In this document: piece by piece, positions 36,270 to 46,993 of the stretch | Layout: every line of letters begins with the position of its first letter | How positions within the stretch are numbered: the first letter of the stretch is position 1 | Assembly: GCA_963828255.1 (NCBI GenBank) | Contig: CAWHDZ010000038.1 | Span: 1-64,000 of the forward strand | Reading direction: 5' to 3' | DNA: 64,000 bases | From: an uncultured delta proteobacterium | GTDB lineage: Bacteria; Myxococcota; Myxococcia; Myxococcales; Anaeromyxobacteraceae | The notes under the pieces: generated by a model | Databases searched by the model: none | Told to the model about the DNA's origin: nothing | What the model saw: only the letters and a program-made list of their open reading frames with translations | Made by a program: the position numbers and the translations under genes

Positions 36270-37409
36270 CCCCCCGAACAACCTCTCCGCCACCGCGCTG
36301 TGCACGTCCATGCCCGCCGCCGTCAGCCGGATACGCCCGCCCCGCACCACCGCGAGCCCCGCCCGCACCAGCCCTTCGACCTCTCCTCTCCTGTCGGGCG
36401 CGATCGCTCCCTCCTCCAGCCCCTCGGCCGTCCGCAACGACAGCATGATCCGCTCGTTCGCCATCTCCCGCGCCCCGAGTCGCTCCTCGTCCGCAGTGGG
36501 GAGTTCCCCCGCGTCCACCGCTGTGAGCCACGGCCCCACCTCGCGGTGGTTCGTCCAGCGCACGGCAGACTCCCCGGAACGAAGGCACCCCACCGCCCCC
36601 GCCCCCGCGCCCAGGTAGTCCTCCGACCTCCAGTAGAGGAGGTTGTGGCGGGACTCGAACCCGGGCCGGGCGAAGTTCGAGACCTCGTAGCGCCGGAACC
36701 CTGCCGCGCCGAGCACCTCGGTCATGGCTCGCCCCTGCGCGACCACCTCGTCGTCCCCCGGGAAGGAGAGCTTCCCCTGCCGCGCCAGCCGAGCGAAGGG
36801 CACGTCCTCGGCCAGCACCTCGGCGTCGAGGGTGAGGGCGTAGGAGGACACGTGCGTCACGGGGAGTGAAACAAGCCGCTCGGCGTCGGCCCGGGCCGAG
36901 CCCACCGAGGAGCGGCGCCCGCCGTGGATGAGGTCCACCGAGACGTTCCCGATCACCCCCGCCACCTCGCGGATGGCCCGCTCGGCGTCGGCCGGGTCGT
37001 GGCGCCTCCCCAGCTTGTGGAGCACCGCCGGGTCGAAGGACTGAACGCCGATGGACACCCGGGTCACCCCCGCGTCGCGCCAGGCCAGGGCCCGGGCCGA
37101 GTCGGCCGACTCCGGGTTGGCCTCGATCGTCACCTCGGCCGCCCGGTGGAGCCCGAGCGCGCGGGCCTCCTCGATCACCCGGGCGATGGCCGACGGCTCC
37201 CAGAGCGACGGCGTCCCGCCGCCCAGGAAGAGGGTGGCGCAGGGACGCCCCCCGAAGGCCGGGGCGCGCCGCCGGATCTCCTCGACCACGGCCGCCGCGT
37301 AGCGGGCCCCCGGGATGGGGCGGGAGGTGGTGACCGCGAAGTCGCAGTACGGGCAGCGGAAGCTGCACCACGGAAAGTGAACGTAGAGGCCGAACGGACG
37401 GGGGGGCAC
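36267..37409 (-). CDS. hemW: Radical SAM heme chaperone (HemN-like)
   Basis: LYVHFPWCSFRCPYCDF, GGGTPS, EANP, YEVSNFA...SRHNLLYW and YLG.GAGA motifs. Confidence 0.92.
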   Translation of the reverse strand: MPPRPFGLYVHFPWCSFRCPYCDFAVTTSRPIPGARYAAAVVEEIRRRAPAFGGRPCATLFLGGGTPSLWEPSAIARVIEEARALGLHRAAEVTIEANPESADSARALAWRDAGVTRVSIGVQSFDPAVLHKLGRRHDPADAERAIREVAGVIGNVSVDLIHGGRRSSVGSARADAERLVSLPVTHVSSYALTLDAEVLAEDVPFARLARQGKLSFPGDDEVVAQGRAMTEVLGAAGFRRYEVSNFARPGFESRHNLLYWRSEDYLGAGAGAVGCLRSGESAVRWTNHREVGPWLTAVDAGELPTADEERLGAREMANERIMLSLRTAEGLEEGAIAPDRRGEVEGLVRAGLAVVRGGRIRLTAAGMDVHSAVAERLFGG

Positions 37410-37440
37410 CGGGGCGGATGCTATGCTAGCTTCCCGCCGG

Positions 37441-38301
37441 ATGGCCACCTGGTCCCTCACCGCCGAGCTGCCCGCCGACGAGGCCGACGCCTCCACCGCG
37501 ATCCTCTTCGAGCGCGGCGCCGCAGGCGTCGAGGAGCGGGAGGGAAGCCTCGCCCCCATGCCCGGCGAGCGGCAGCCCGGCGCCGGCCGGGTCATCCTGA
37601 TCGGGTTCTTCGCCGACGAGGCCGCAGCCCGCGAGGCGGCCGCCGCGCTGGAGACCCCCGCCGACGTGGCCGAGATCCCCGACCGCGACTGGGGCGAGGA
37701 GTGGAAGAAGGGGCTGGGTCCCCTGTCGGTCGGTCGCCTGTTCCTGCGTCCGTCCTGGATCGACGCCGCGCCTCCCCCCGGCTCGGCCGAGGTGGTGCTC
37801 GACCCGGGCATGGCCTTCGGGACCGGCACCCACGCCACCACCTCGCTCTGCCTCGCGGCCATCGACGCCTTCCTGGCGCGCCGCCCGGGCGCATCGGTCC
37901 TCGACGTGGGCACCGGCTCCGGGCTGCTCGCCATCGCGGCGCGCAAGCTGGGCGCGGGACGGGTGGCCGCGAGCGACAACGACCCGGTGGCGGTGGCGGT
38001 GGCGGCGGAGAACGCGGAGCGGAACGGCGCCGCGCTGGAGCTGACCGGGAACCCGCCCTCCCTCATCCCCGGCTCCTTCGACCTGGTCGTGGCCAACATC
38101 CTCGCCAACGTCCTCGTGGAACTCGCTCCCGACCTGGCGCGGCGCGCCGCTCCGGGCGGCGAGGTGGTGCTGGCCGGCGTCCTCGTGCCCCAGGAGGAGG
38201 AGGTCGCCCAGGCCTTCCTGGCCTGCGGCCTCGAACCCCTCCCCGGCGAGAGGCGCGGGGAGTGGTCGCTCCTCCGCTTCCAGCGGCCGGAGGGGCGTTG
38301 A
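37441..38301 (+). CDS. prmA: Ribosomal protein L11 methyltransferase
   Basis: DW...WK, LDPGMAFGTGTHATT, VLDVGTGSGLLAI and VANILA motifs. Confidence 0.95.
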   Translation: MATWSLTAELPADEADASTAILFERGAAGVEEREGSLAPMPGERQPGAGRVILIGFFADEAAAREAAAALETPADVAEIPDRDWGEEWKKGLGPLSVGRLFLRPSWIDAAPPPGSAEVVLDPGMAFGTGTHATTSLCLAAIDAFLARRPGASVLDVGTGSGLLAIAARKLGAGRVAASDNDPVAVAVAAENAERNGAALELTGNPPSLIPGSFDLVVANILANVLVELAPDLARRAAPGGEVVLAGVLVPQEEEVAQAFLACGLEPLPGERRGEWSLLRFQRPEGR

Positions 38302-39014
38302 CCCGCCGCCGGCTCCACGTCCCCCCCGACCGGATCGAGGGGACGGTGGCCCGGCCCGATGTCGCGTCGCTCCACTACGTGGCCGACGTGCTGCGGCTGC
38401 CGCCCGGCGCCGTGCTGGAGGTCTTCGACGGGGCGGGAAGCGCCTGGGACGCAACGTTCACGGGTAGTGACTTTCACCTGGGGGAGCGGCGTCCGGCTCC
38501 CCTGCCCGGGGCCACGGTCTGGCTGGCCTTCGCACTCTCCCGGGGAGAGAAGGGGGACTGGATCGTCCAGAAGGCGACCGAACTCGGGGTCTCCCGCCTC
38601 GTGCCCTGGCAGGCGGAGCGGTCGGTGGTCCGGCTCGAGCCCGACCGTGCCGCGGAGCGGGCCCGGCGGTGGCGCCGCATCGCCGAGGAGGCGGCGCGCC
38701 AGTGCGGTCGGGCCGACGTGCCCGAGGTGGCCGTTCCCGGGACGCTGGCCGCCGCGCTGGAGGCGCCCCCGGGGTTCACCCGCATCGCCTTCCACGCCGG
38801 GGCCGGAGCCCCGCTCTCCGGGCTGGCGCGCCCCGGAACCCCCGGGATCCTTGCCGTCCTCGGCCCGGAGGGTGGGCTCACGGATCGTGAAGTGGAGGCC
38901 TGCCTCGCCTCCGGGTGCGGGCTGGCCACCCTGGGCCCCCGGGTGCTGCGGGCCGAGACGGCCGCCGTCGCCGCCGCGGCGCTCCTCCAGCACCTGGCCG
39001 GGGACCTGGGATAG
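38298..39014 (+). CDS. rsmE: 16S rRNA m3U1498 methyltransferase
   Basis: VLRL, QKATELGV, EAARQCGR, GPEGG and LGPRVLRAETA motifs; TTG overlaps the prmA stop. Confidence 0.93.
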   Translation: MTRRRLHVPPDRIEGTVARPDVASLHYVADVLRLPPGAVLEVFDGAGSAWDATFTGSDFHLGERRPAPLPGATVWLAFALSRGEKGDWIVQKATELGVSRLVPWQAERSVVRLEPDRAAERARRWRRIAEEAARQCGRADVPEVAVPGTLAAALEAPPGFTRIAFHAGAGAPLSGLARPGTPGILAVLGPEGGLTDREVEACLASGCGLATLGPRVLRAETAAVAAAALLQHLAGDLG

Positions 39015-39085
39015 CGGCAGATATCCTGGGGTCTCCCTCACCGGCGGCTTGACCGCGCCCGGGTGCGCCGGTACTTCTTCGAGGC

Positions 39086-39859
39086 GTGCAATGCCCCCGC
39101 TGCCGGACGGAGAACGGCGAGGCCGCCATCCGCTGCTCGGGGTGCGGCGCGCCCATCGCCCTCGGCGACGAGGTGACGGGCACCCGCGTCGATCTCTCCA
39201 TGCCCCTCGACCGGCGCTCCGGAAGCCGGGAACGCGCCACGCCCGCCTGGGAGTCGCTCGGCCCGGTCCCCCCGGACTGGGAGATGGCCCCTCCCGCCGA
39301 GGCGACCCCCGGGGTGGCCCGGGCGCCGGCGCGCCCCGCGCCCCGGCCGCGCCCCCGGGTCCCGGCGCCGCCCGCACCCGACTTCGAGGTCGAGATGCAC
39401 GTGGACGCCGTCGAGGTCCACCGGGTACGGGCGGAAGCCTGGCGCCGCCTGGCCGCATGGGCGGTCGACGGCGCCCTGCTCGGCGCGGTGCTCGCCGCCA
39501 TGCTCCTCCCGGTCCTCGGTCCCGCCCTGGGCCCGGGAGGAACCGCGGAGTTCCGCGACGTCGCCGTGCCCGCCGTCCTCGCCGTGGCCCTCGTCGCCTT
39601 CGCCTACCAGTGGCTGGGGATCGCGCTCACCGGCGCCACCCCGGGCATGCTGGCCGCCGGGTTGCGCGTGGTCGGGCCCGACGGGCGCCGCCCCTCGCCG
39701 GGAAGGGCGGCGGGGCGCAGCGGGCTGGCCCTCCTCTCGGCGGCGGTGCTCGGCATGGGGGTCCTCCTGGCATTGTTCACCAAGAGTGGAAGGGGCGCCC
39801 ACGACATCGGCGCCGATACCTGGGTGGTCCTCTCCGCCCGGAGGCAGGCGACGCCATGA
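39086..39859 (+). CDS. Zinc-ribbon plus RDD family protein
   Basis: CPRC...CSGCG, WRRLAAWAVD, GATPGM...GLRVV and HD..ADTWVV motifs. Confidence 0.85.
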   Translation: MQCPRCRTENGEAAIRCSGCGAPIALGDEVTGTRVDLSMPLDRRSGSRERATPAWESLGPVPPDWEMAPPAEATPGVARAPARPAPRPRPRVPAPPAPDFEVEMHVDAVEVHRVRAEAWRRLAAWAVDGALLGAVLAAMLLPVLGPALGPGGTAEFRDVAVPAVLAVALVAFAYQWLGIALTGATPGMLAAGLRVVGPDGRRPSPGRAAGRSGLALLSAAVLGMGVLLALFTKSGRGAHDIGADTWVVLSARRQATP

Positions 39860-42050
39860 GCGAGGCCCTCCTCTCCCGGCTGGTCGCCGACGGCGCCATC
39901 ACCCGCGAGGACGCCGACCGCGTCGCCGCGCGCCTGGCCCGGACCGGGGGCGCGGTGGACAGCGTCCTCCTCGAGCTGCACCTCGTGCCGGCGTCGCGCC
40001 TCCCGGAGATCCTGGCCCGGGTCAGCGGGCTTCCCACGGCGCCCGACACCGCCTTCACCGCCCCCGATCCGCGGGCGCGCCGCGTCTTCCCCGCCAAGGT
40101 CGCCGAGCGGCACGCCGTCGCCCCCTTCGCGCTGGACGGCCGCGAGCTCTCGGTGGTCACCACCTACCCACCCGACAAGAGCCTCCTCGAGGAGCTCGGC
40201 TTCCTGCTCTCGCTGCACCTGCGGGCCCACGTGGCGCCCGAATGGCGCGTCCGCGCGCTGGTGCAGCAGCTCTACGGGACGCCCCTTCCGGAGCGGCTGG
40301 TCGCGCTGGGGGCAGCGCCCGCGCCTGCCCCGTCCGCCGAGGCCCCTGACTTCGCCGAGACCCCGGTGGCCCGGGAGGAGCCGGAGCCGGCCGCGATCCG
40401 GGCGCCGGACTGGACGCCGGACCAGGCCCGCCAGGCCATGGCCGAGGCCGATGGACCCGACGAGGCCATCCGGGTGGCGCTGCGCGCCGCGCGCGACCGC
40501 TTCTCCTACGCCGCGGCCTTCTCGGCCCGGCGCGACACCATCGTGGGCCTGGACGCGCTGGGGCTCGACCCGCGCGCGCGGGAGGCCTGCCGGCGCGTCG
40601 CCGTGGACCTGGCCGAGCCCGGGCTCTTCGGCCCTCCGCTCGAGACCCGGGCGCCGTACCTCGGCCCCCCGCCCACCGACCCGGTGACCTCCTCGGTCCT
40701 CTCCGGCCTGGGAAGGGTGGGACCGAGAACGGTGCTCGTCGCCCCGGTGTCCATCGGGGATCGCGTGGCGTGCGTGATCTACGCCGACAACGACGACGAG
40801 CCGGTGTCGTCGGGTCACATCGGGGGGCTCTTCCCGCTGCTCGGTGCGCTCGCCGACTCGCTGGCCCGGATGATCCGCGAACGAAAGGGCGGCGGGGGGC
40901 ACAGGGAGAAGGAGGCGGGGCAGCGGCGACCGGAGGCGGAGCCGGAGCCGCAGCAGGAGCCGCCGCCAGGACCGGAACCCCGGCAGGAACCGGAGCCCGT
41001 GCCGCGGCCGCGCCCGCAGGCGCGCCCCACTCCCGCGCCCGTGTCGCCGCTCGACGCCCCGCAAGGCCGTCCACCGCCCGGCGAGGAGTGGAGCGTCGTC
41101 GAGCCGGCCCGCGCCGAGCCCCAGCCCCTGCGCTTCGCGGTCGACGTGGACCTCGGCGAGTACGAGGTGATCAGCGCCGGAGAGGCGCTCGCCAGCGGAC
41201 GGGCCGAGGATCTCCCGTCGCTCGTCGAGGCGCTGGCCGCGAGCCACCGCGACTCGGACGACCGCAGGGAGCTCGTCTCCCGGCTCGTCGCCGGCGGGCC
41301 CGAGGCGGCCGTGGCGCTGGTGGCCCGCCTCCCGGGTCCCGTCGAGTCGGGGGGCACGCTCGGTGAATCGGTCCCGGTCGAGGAATGGGCCCCATCTTCG
41401 CCGGCCTCGTTGCCGCCGGACGCGTCGCGGAGAGGCCGCTCCTCGACACCCTCGAGGACGCCGATCCGGAACGGAGGCGCGCGGCCGTCGCGCTGCTGTC
41501 GCGTCTCGGGACCCCCGGATCGATCCCGGGCGTGGCCGCGCTCGTCCAGGACGACGACGAATCGGTCGCCACCGAGGCCGCCCGCGCCCTCGCCGCCGCG
41601 CGCGGGACGCCGGCGCTCGGACCCATCGTCGCCGAGGTCCGGCGGGCGCTGGCATCGGGCCGCCCGGTCAAGGCGACGCGGGCCGCCCGGGCCCTCGCGC
41701 TGCTCGGCGACGCCGACTCGGTGCCCGTGCTCATCCAGCTCCTCGAAGGGGGAGGCGAGCTGGCCGCGGCCGCGTCCGAGGCGCTCTCCGCGATCACCCT
41801 GCAGCGCCTGGGGCCCGACTCCATGCGCTGGATCGCCTGGTGGCGGGAGTGGCGCGTCGCCCCGCGATCGAGCTGGCTCTTCCAGGCGCTCGGAAGTCCC
41901 GACCCCGGCCTGCGCAGGCGCGCCGCCGCCGAGCTCCGCCGCGCCGGCGAGCCGCCCGACCCCTACGATCCCGACGGCCCGGAGCCCGAGCGGCAGCGCT
42001 CCGCGCGCACCTGGGCCGCCTGGTGGCGCGAGGAGGGGCTCGCGCTCTAG
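39856..42050 (+). CDS. GspE/PilB-N (MshEN-like) + GAF-like + HEAT-repeat protein (FrgA-like), frameshifted near 41388
   Basis: AKVAERHAVAPF GspE-N signature, PVSIGDRVACVIYADN GAF-like strand, Pro/Glu linker; HEAT repeats in ORF 41385..42050. Confidence 0.65.
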
Positions 42051-42077
42051 GCCGGGCCTCGCTATCCTCCTCCCCTC

Positions 42078-43640
42078 ATGTCGAAGCCAGTCGATCCCGA
42101 CCCCCGTCGCGCGCTGCTCGACGCCATGAACGACGCCGCCGAGCGCGGCGGCGGCGAGGAGCGCATCGCCCGCCAGCACGAGGCCGGCAAGCTCACGGCT
42201 CGCGAGCGCATCGACCTCTTCCTCGACCCCGGGACCTTCGTCGAGGTGGACAAGTTCAAGACCCACCGCAGCGCAGACTTCGGGATGGAGAAGCAGAAGA
42301 TCCCCGGCGACGGCGTGGTCGTCGGCCACGGGCGTGTCGAGGGGCGCCAGGTCTTCGTCTTCGCACAGGACTTCACGGTCTTCGGCGGCTCGGTCTCCCG
42401 GGCCTACGCCGAGAAGATCTGCAAGGTGATGGACCTGGCGATCCAGGTGGGCTGCCCGGTGGTGGGGCTGCACGACTCGGGCGGCGCCCGGGTGCAGGAG
42501 GGGGTCGAGGCGCTGGCTGGATACGCCGACGTCTTCCTGCGCAACACGCTGGCCTCCGGGGTGATCCCGCAGATCTCGGTCATCATGGGCCCGTGCGCCG
42601 GCGGCGCGGTCTACGGCCCGGCCATCACCGACTTCGTCTTCATGGTGAAAGGCGCCTCCTCGATGTTCCTGAACGGCCCGGAGGTGATCCGGGCGGTGAC
42701 GCACGAGGAGGTCACCAAGGAGGAACTGGGCGGCGCACGCGCCCACGCCACCCGCTCGGGCGTGGCCCACTTCGCCTTCGACACCGAGGAGGCGACGCTC
42801 AAGGCGGTCCGGGAACTCCTCTCCTTCCTCCCCCCGAACGCGGCCGACGACCCTCCTGCCATTCCCTGCACCGACGACGCCGGGCGGATGGACGCGGTGC
42901 TGAAGACCATCGTCCCCGAGAATCCCAACCGTCCTTACGAGATCCGCGAGGTCATCCGGGCGGTGGTGGACGATCGCCACCTCTTCGAGGTGGCCCGCCG
43001 CTTCGCCGAGAACGTGGTCTGCGGCTTCGCGCGGCTGGGCGGACGCCCGGTGGGCGTGGTGGCGAACCAGCCGGCGGTGCTCGCCGGGGTGCTCGACTCC
43101 GATGCCTCGGTGAAGGCCGCCCGCTTCGTGCGGTTCTGCGACGCCTTCGAGATCCCGCTGCTCACCTTCGTGGACGTCCCCGGCTTCCTCCCCGGCGCCA
43201 CGCAGGAGTGGGGCGGCCTCATCCGTCACGGCGCCAAGCTCCTCTACGCCTACGCCGAGGCCACCGTGCCCAAGGTGACGGTCATCACCCGGCGGGCCTG
43301 GGGCGTGGCCTACGACGTCATGGCGTCGAAGCACCTGCGAGCCGACGTGAACCTGGCCTGGCCCACCGCCGAGATCGCGGTCACCAGCCCCGAGGGTGCG
43401 GTGAACGTCATCTACCGCAAGGAGATCTCCTCCTCGGAAGATCCGGCCGCCGAGCGGGCGCGGCTCACCGCCGAGTACCGGGAGCAGTTCGCCAACCCGT
43501 ACCGCGCCGCCGAGCTGGGATACGTGGACGAGGTGCTGAAGCCGGAGGAGACGCGACCGCGGGTCATCCGCGCCTTCGAGATGCTTCGCACGAAGCGGCA
43601 GGAGACCCCTCCCCGGAAGCACGGGAACGTCCCGCTCTGA
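42078..43640 (+). CDS. pccB: Acyl-CoA (propionyl-CoA) carboxylase carboxyltransferase beta subunit
   Basis: [45 protein letters not shown] and RKHGNVPL motifs. Confidence 0.9.
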   Translation: MSKPVDPDPRRALLDAMNDAAERGGGEERIARQHEAGKLTARERIDLFLDPGTFVEVDKFKTHRSADFGMEKQKIPGDGVVVGHGRVEGRQVFVFAQDFTVFGGSVSRAYAEKICKVMDLAIQVGCPVVGLHDSGGARVQEGVEALAGYADVFLRNTLASGVIPQISVIMGPCAGGAVYGPAITDFVFMVKGASSMFLNGPEVIRAVTHEEVTKEELGGARAHATRSGVAHFAFDTEEATLKAVRELLSFLPPNAADDPPAIPCTDDAGRMDAVLKTIVPENPNRPYEIREVIRAVVDDRHLFEVARRFAENVVCGFARLGGRPVGVVANQPAVLAGVLDSDASVKAARFVRFCDAFEIPLLTFVDVPGFLPGATQEWGGLIRHGAKLLYAYAEATVPKVTVITRRAWGVAYDVMASKHLRADVNLAWPTAEIAVTSPEGAVNVIYRKEISSSEDPAAERARLTAEYREQFANPYRAAELGYVDEVLKPEETRPRVIRAFEMLRTKRQETPPRKHGNVPL

Positions 43641-43662
43641 TCCCTTCCGTGGGCCTCTTCCG

Positions 43663-44808
43663 ATGACCGGCGTCGCGCTCGTGCTCCTCTCCTTCGCCGG
43701 TGTGGGACTGGCCATGCTCGCGGTCGAGGGACGCGCGCTGCGGCGTCAGCTCTCCGGTTCCGCTCCGGTTCCGCGCGGCTCGGCGGGCATCTCGGTGTTG
43801 AAGCCGTTGCGCGGTGTCGACGACGATCTCGAGGCCAACCTGGCCTCCTTCGCCGACCAGGAGTGGCCGTGCGAGGTGCTGCTCGGGCTCCACGACGACG
43901 CCGACCCGGCCGCGCCGGTGGCCCACGCGGCCGCCCTGCGCTGGCCCGGGCGATTCCGGGTGGTGGTCCAGGGGCCCGACCTGGGGATGAACCCCAAGGT
44001 GAGCCAGCTCGCCGCGCTCGTGGCCGCGGCCCGCCACGAACTGCTCGTCATCTCCGATTCCAACGTGCGGGTCCAGCCCGGCTACCTCGCCGAGATCGCG
44101 GCCCGGCTCGAGGACCCGGAGGTCGGCCTCGTCACCCACCTCATCGCCGGGGTGGGGGAGCGGAGCGAGGGAGCGCTCCTCGAGAACCTTCACCTGTCGG
44201 GCGGGGTGGCCACCGGGATCGCCGCCGCCAAGGCCATCGCCGGCCGCGACGTGGTCATGGGCAAGTCCATGGCGCTCCGCCGCGCGGACCTCGACGCGAT
44301 GGGCGGGTTCGAGCCGGTCAAGGACCTGCTCGCCGAGGACTTCGTCATCGGGCAGATGGTCCCGAGGTTGCTCGGCAAGCGGGTGGAGCTGGCGTCCCGG
44401 CCGGTGCAGAACGTGGTCCAGGCCCGGACCGCGGTCCAGTTCTTCCACCGCGCCCGGCGCTGGGCCGTCCTCCAGCACGCACTCGTGGGGCCGTGGCTCT
44501 ACGCCGCGCAGGTCATCCACAATCCCCTCCTCTTCGCCACCCTGGCGCTGTTCGTCGCCCCGGGGTCGTGGACGGCGGCGGCCTGGCTCACGGTGGCCGG
44601 TGCCCGGGCGCTCCTCGATGGCGCCGCCGGAGAGGCCCTCCGCCCCACCGGGTTCCGCGCCTCCCAGCTCCTGCGCGTGCCGGTGAAGGACCTCCTCCTC
44701 GGCCTGGCCTGGGTGGAGGGCTTCTTCCGGCGCACGGTGAACTGGCGCGGCAACAGGCTCCGGGTGCTTCCCGGAACCCGGCTCGCGCCTCCGGGCGCCT
44801 CCCGTTAG
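43663..44808 (+). CDS. Ceramide-glucosyltransferase/HpnI-like glycosyltransferase
   Basis: ISVLKPLRG, NPKV, ISDSNV, GKSMA, LAEDF, RRW and V.WRG motifs. Confidence 0.85.
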   Translation: MTGVALVLLSFAGVGLAMLAVEGRALRRQLSGSAPVPRGSAGISVLKPLRGVDDDLEANLASFADQEWPCEVLLGLHDDADPAAPVAHAAALRWPGRFRVVVQGPDLGMNPKVSQLAALVAAARHELLVISDSNVRVQPGYLAEIAARLEDPEVGLVTHLIAGVGERSEGALLENLHLSGGVATGIAAAKAIAGRDVVMGKSMALRRADLDAMGGFEPVKDLLAEDFVIGQMVPRLLGKRVELASRPVQNVVQARTAVQFFHRARRWAVLQHALVGPWLYAAQVIHNPLLFATLALFVAPGSWTAAAWLTVAGARALLDGAAGEALRPTGFRASQLLRVPVKDLLLGLAWVEGFFRRTVNWRGNRLRVLPGTRLAPPGASR

Positions 44809-44824
44809 AGTCCGTCAGGACGCC

Positions 44825-46159
44825 ATGGACATTCCCACCGACCCGACGCCCGCCCTCCCTGGCGTGAAGCCGCTCGTGGTGGCCGTGGACATGGGCTACG
44901 GCCACCTGCGCGCCGCTCGCCCCATCGCCCGGGCGCTGGGTGTGGAGATCACCCACGTGGACCGTCCACCGCTCGTGGGCCCCGACGAGCTGAAGGTCTG
45001 GGACCGCGTGCGCTCCGCCTACGAGTGGACCAGCCGCGCCTCCCAGCTCCCCTACCTGGGGCGCCCGTTCCGCTGGGCGCTCGAGTCGGTCACCGACATC
45101 CCCCACCTGCACCCGTACCGGGACCTGTCGGCGCCCACCCGCGGCGTCGCCACGGTGGAACGGCTGGTGCGGAGCCGCGACCTGGGCAAGGGGCTGGTGG
45201 CCCGGATGAAGGAGACCGGCGAGCCGCTCGTCGCCACCTTCTACTCCCCGGCCATCGCCGCCGACGCGGCCGGCCTCCCCAACGTCTGGTGCGTCGTCAC
45301 CGACAGTGACATCAACCGGGTCTGGGCGCCGCGCGACACCGCCAGCAGCGGCATCCACTACCTCGTCCCCAGCCCGCGGGCCGGCCGGCGGCTCCAGAGC
45401 TACGGCGTGCCCGCTCACCGGATCTCCCTCACCGGCTTCCCGCTGCCCCACGAGCTCCTGGGGGGGCGCGACCTCTCCGCGCTGCGCCGCAACCTGGGGG
45501 CGCGGCTCGTCCGGCTCGACCCGGCCCGGACCTTCCGCGGCGATTACCGGGAGGAGCTCGCGCTCTTCCTCGGGCCGCTCCCCGAGGAGGAGGAGGGGCG
45601 GCCGCCCACGCTCACCTTCGCGGTGGGGGGCGCCGGAGCCCAGGCCGAGATGGCGCACCAGTTCCTGCCCGGGATGCGCGGCGCCCTCGAGGAGGGCAAG
45701 CTCCGCCTGGTTCTGGTGGCCGGGGTCCGGGGCGCCGTCGAGGCGCGCTTCCGCGAGGAGATCCAGCTGGCCGGCCTGGAGGGGGCGCTCGGCAAGGGGC
45801 TCGAGATCCTGCGCGCCGACTCGCTGGAGGAGTACTTCGACCGCTTCGACGCGGCCATGGCCCGGACCGACGCCCTCTGGACCAAGCCCTCCGAGCTCTC
45901 CTTCTACGCCGCGCTCGGCCTGCCGCTGGTCTTCGCCCCCCCGGTGGGCGTTCACGAGCGCTACAACCGGCGCTGGGTGCGCGAGAGCGGCGCCGGAGTG
46001 GTCCAGCGCAACCCGGCGGCGGCCTGGCAGTGGTTCTCCGACTGGCTGGAGGACGGCACGCTGGCGGGTGCGGCCTGGTCGGGCTTCACGCGGCTGCCCA
46101 AGCACGGGCTCTACCGGATCCTCGACCAGGTCGCGGCCGGCGCCGCAGGGGGAGGGTGA
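44825..46159 (+). CDS. GT-B fold protein resembling MGDG-synthase-like glycosyltransferases
   Basis: DMGYGHLRAA, VVTD, TGFP, TKPSEL and P.G.HE..N motifs. Confidence 0.6.
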   Translation: MDIPTDPTPALPGVKPLVVAVDMGYGHLRAARPIARALGVEITHVDRPPLVGPDELKVWDRVRSAYEWTSRASQLPYLGRPFRWALESVTDIPHLHPYRDLSAPTRGVATVERLVRSRDLGKGLVARMKETGEPLVATFYSPAIAADAAGLPNVWCVVTDSDINRVWAPRDTASSGIHYLVPSPRAGRRLQSYGVPAHRISLTGFPLPHELLGGRDLSALRRNLGARLVRLDPARTFRGDYREELALFLGPLPEEEEGRPPTLTFAVGGAGAQAEMAHQFLPGMRGALEEGKLRLVLVAGVRGAVEARFREEIQLAGLEGALGKGLEILRADSLEEYFDRFDAAMARTDALWTKPSELSFYAALGLPLVFAPPVGVHERYNRRWVRESGAGVVQRNPAAAWQWFSDWLEDGTLAGAAWSGFTRLPKHGLYRILDQVAAGAAGGG

Positions 46160-46183
46160 CTGGAAGCGGCGTTCTACGAGCCG

Positions 46184-46939
46184 ATGGGCGAGGGGCGCTT
46201 CCGCGCCACGGCCGCCACCATCGGCCCCTGGGCTCCCGGCCTCCAGCACGGCGGCCCGCCCTCGGCTCTGCTCGCCCACCTTCTGGAGCGGCTCTCCCCG
46301 CGCCCCGGCGCCCGCATCGCCCGGCTGTCGGTGGAGCTGCTCGGCCCCGTCGAGGTGGGGGAGATGAAGGTGTCGGCCGTGGTGGAGCGCCCCGGCAAGC
46401 GCGTCCAGCTGCTCTCGGCGCGGGCCGAGGTGAACGGACGGGAGACCTTGCGGGCGCTCGCCTGGCAGCTCTCGGCCGAGCCGGGTCGCAGCCCCGTCGT
46501 CGGTCCGCGCGAGCCGGCGCCTCCGCTCCCGGCGCCGCAGCTCCAGCAATTCTTCCCCGGCCTGCCGGCGTTCCCCTACGGCGAGGCGCTGGAGTGGAGA
46601 TTCACCGAAGGTGGATTCAACGAGCCGGGGCCCGCCACGGTCTGGAGCCGCTGCCGGATCCCGCTGGTGGCCGGCGAGCCGCTCACCGGGCTCACCCGGC
46701 TCGTGACCATGGTGGACTCGGCCAACGGCATCAGCTGGGAGCTTCCGCTGGGACGCTTCACCTTCGTGCCGGTGGACATGAACCTGGTGCTGCGCCGGCT
46801 GCCCGAGGGGGAGTGGGTGGGCATGGCGGCGAGGACCACGGTGGAGGGCGATGGCATCGGCATGGTCCGCACGCGCCTCTTCGACGCCAGCGGGATGCTG
46901 GGCGAGGGGCTGCACACGCTCTTCGTGGCGCCGCTCTGA
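46184..46939 (+). CDS. Thioesterase family (double hot-dog) protein; true start may be ~46156-46160
   Basis: GPW..GLQHGGPPSALL, RPGKRVQL and DSANGIS motifs. Confidence 0.85.
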   Translation: MGEGRFRATAATIGPWAPGLQHGGPPSALLAHLLERLSPRPGARIARLSVELLGPVEVGEMKVSAVVERPGKRVQLLSARAEVNGRETLRALAWQLSAEPGRSPVVGPREPAPPLPAPQLQQFFPGLPAFPYGEALEWRFTEGGFNEPGPATVWSRCRIPLVAGEPLTGLTRLVTMVDSANGISWELPLGRFTFVPVDMNLVLRRLPEGEWVGMAARTTVEGDGIGMVRTRLFDASGMLGEGLHTLFVAPL

Positions 46940-46993
46940 CCGGCGCGTCGGCGTGGCGGCGGCGAGGGGCGGCGGTTAGCTCCCCCGATCACG

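Noticed and set aside
41370..41400. Programmed ribosomal frameshift in the FrgA-like gene (and similar sites)
   Set aside because: No slippery heptamer is visible, and many similar indels across the window point to sequencing error.
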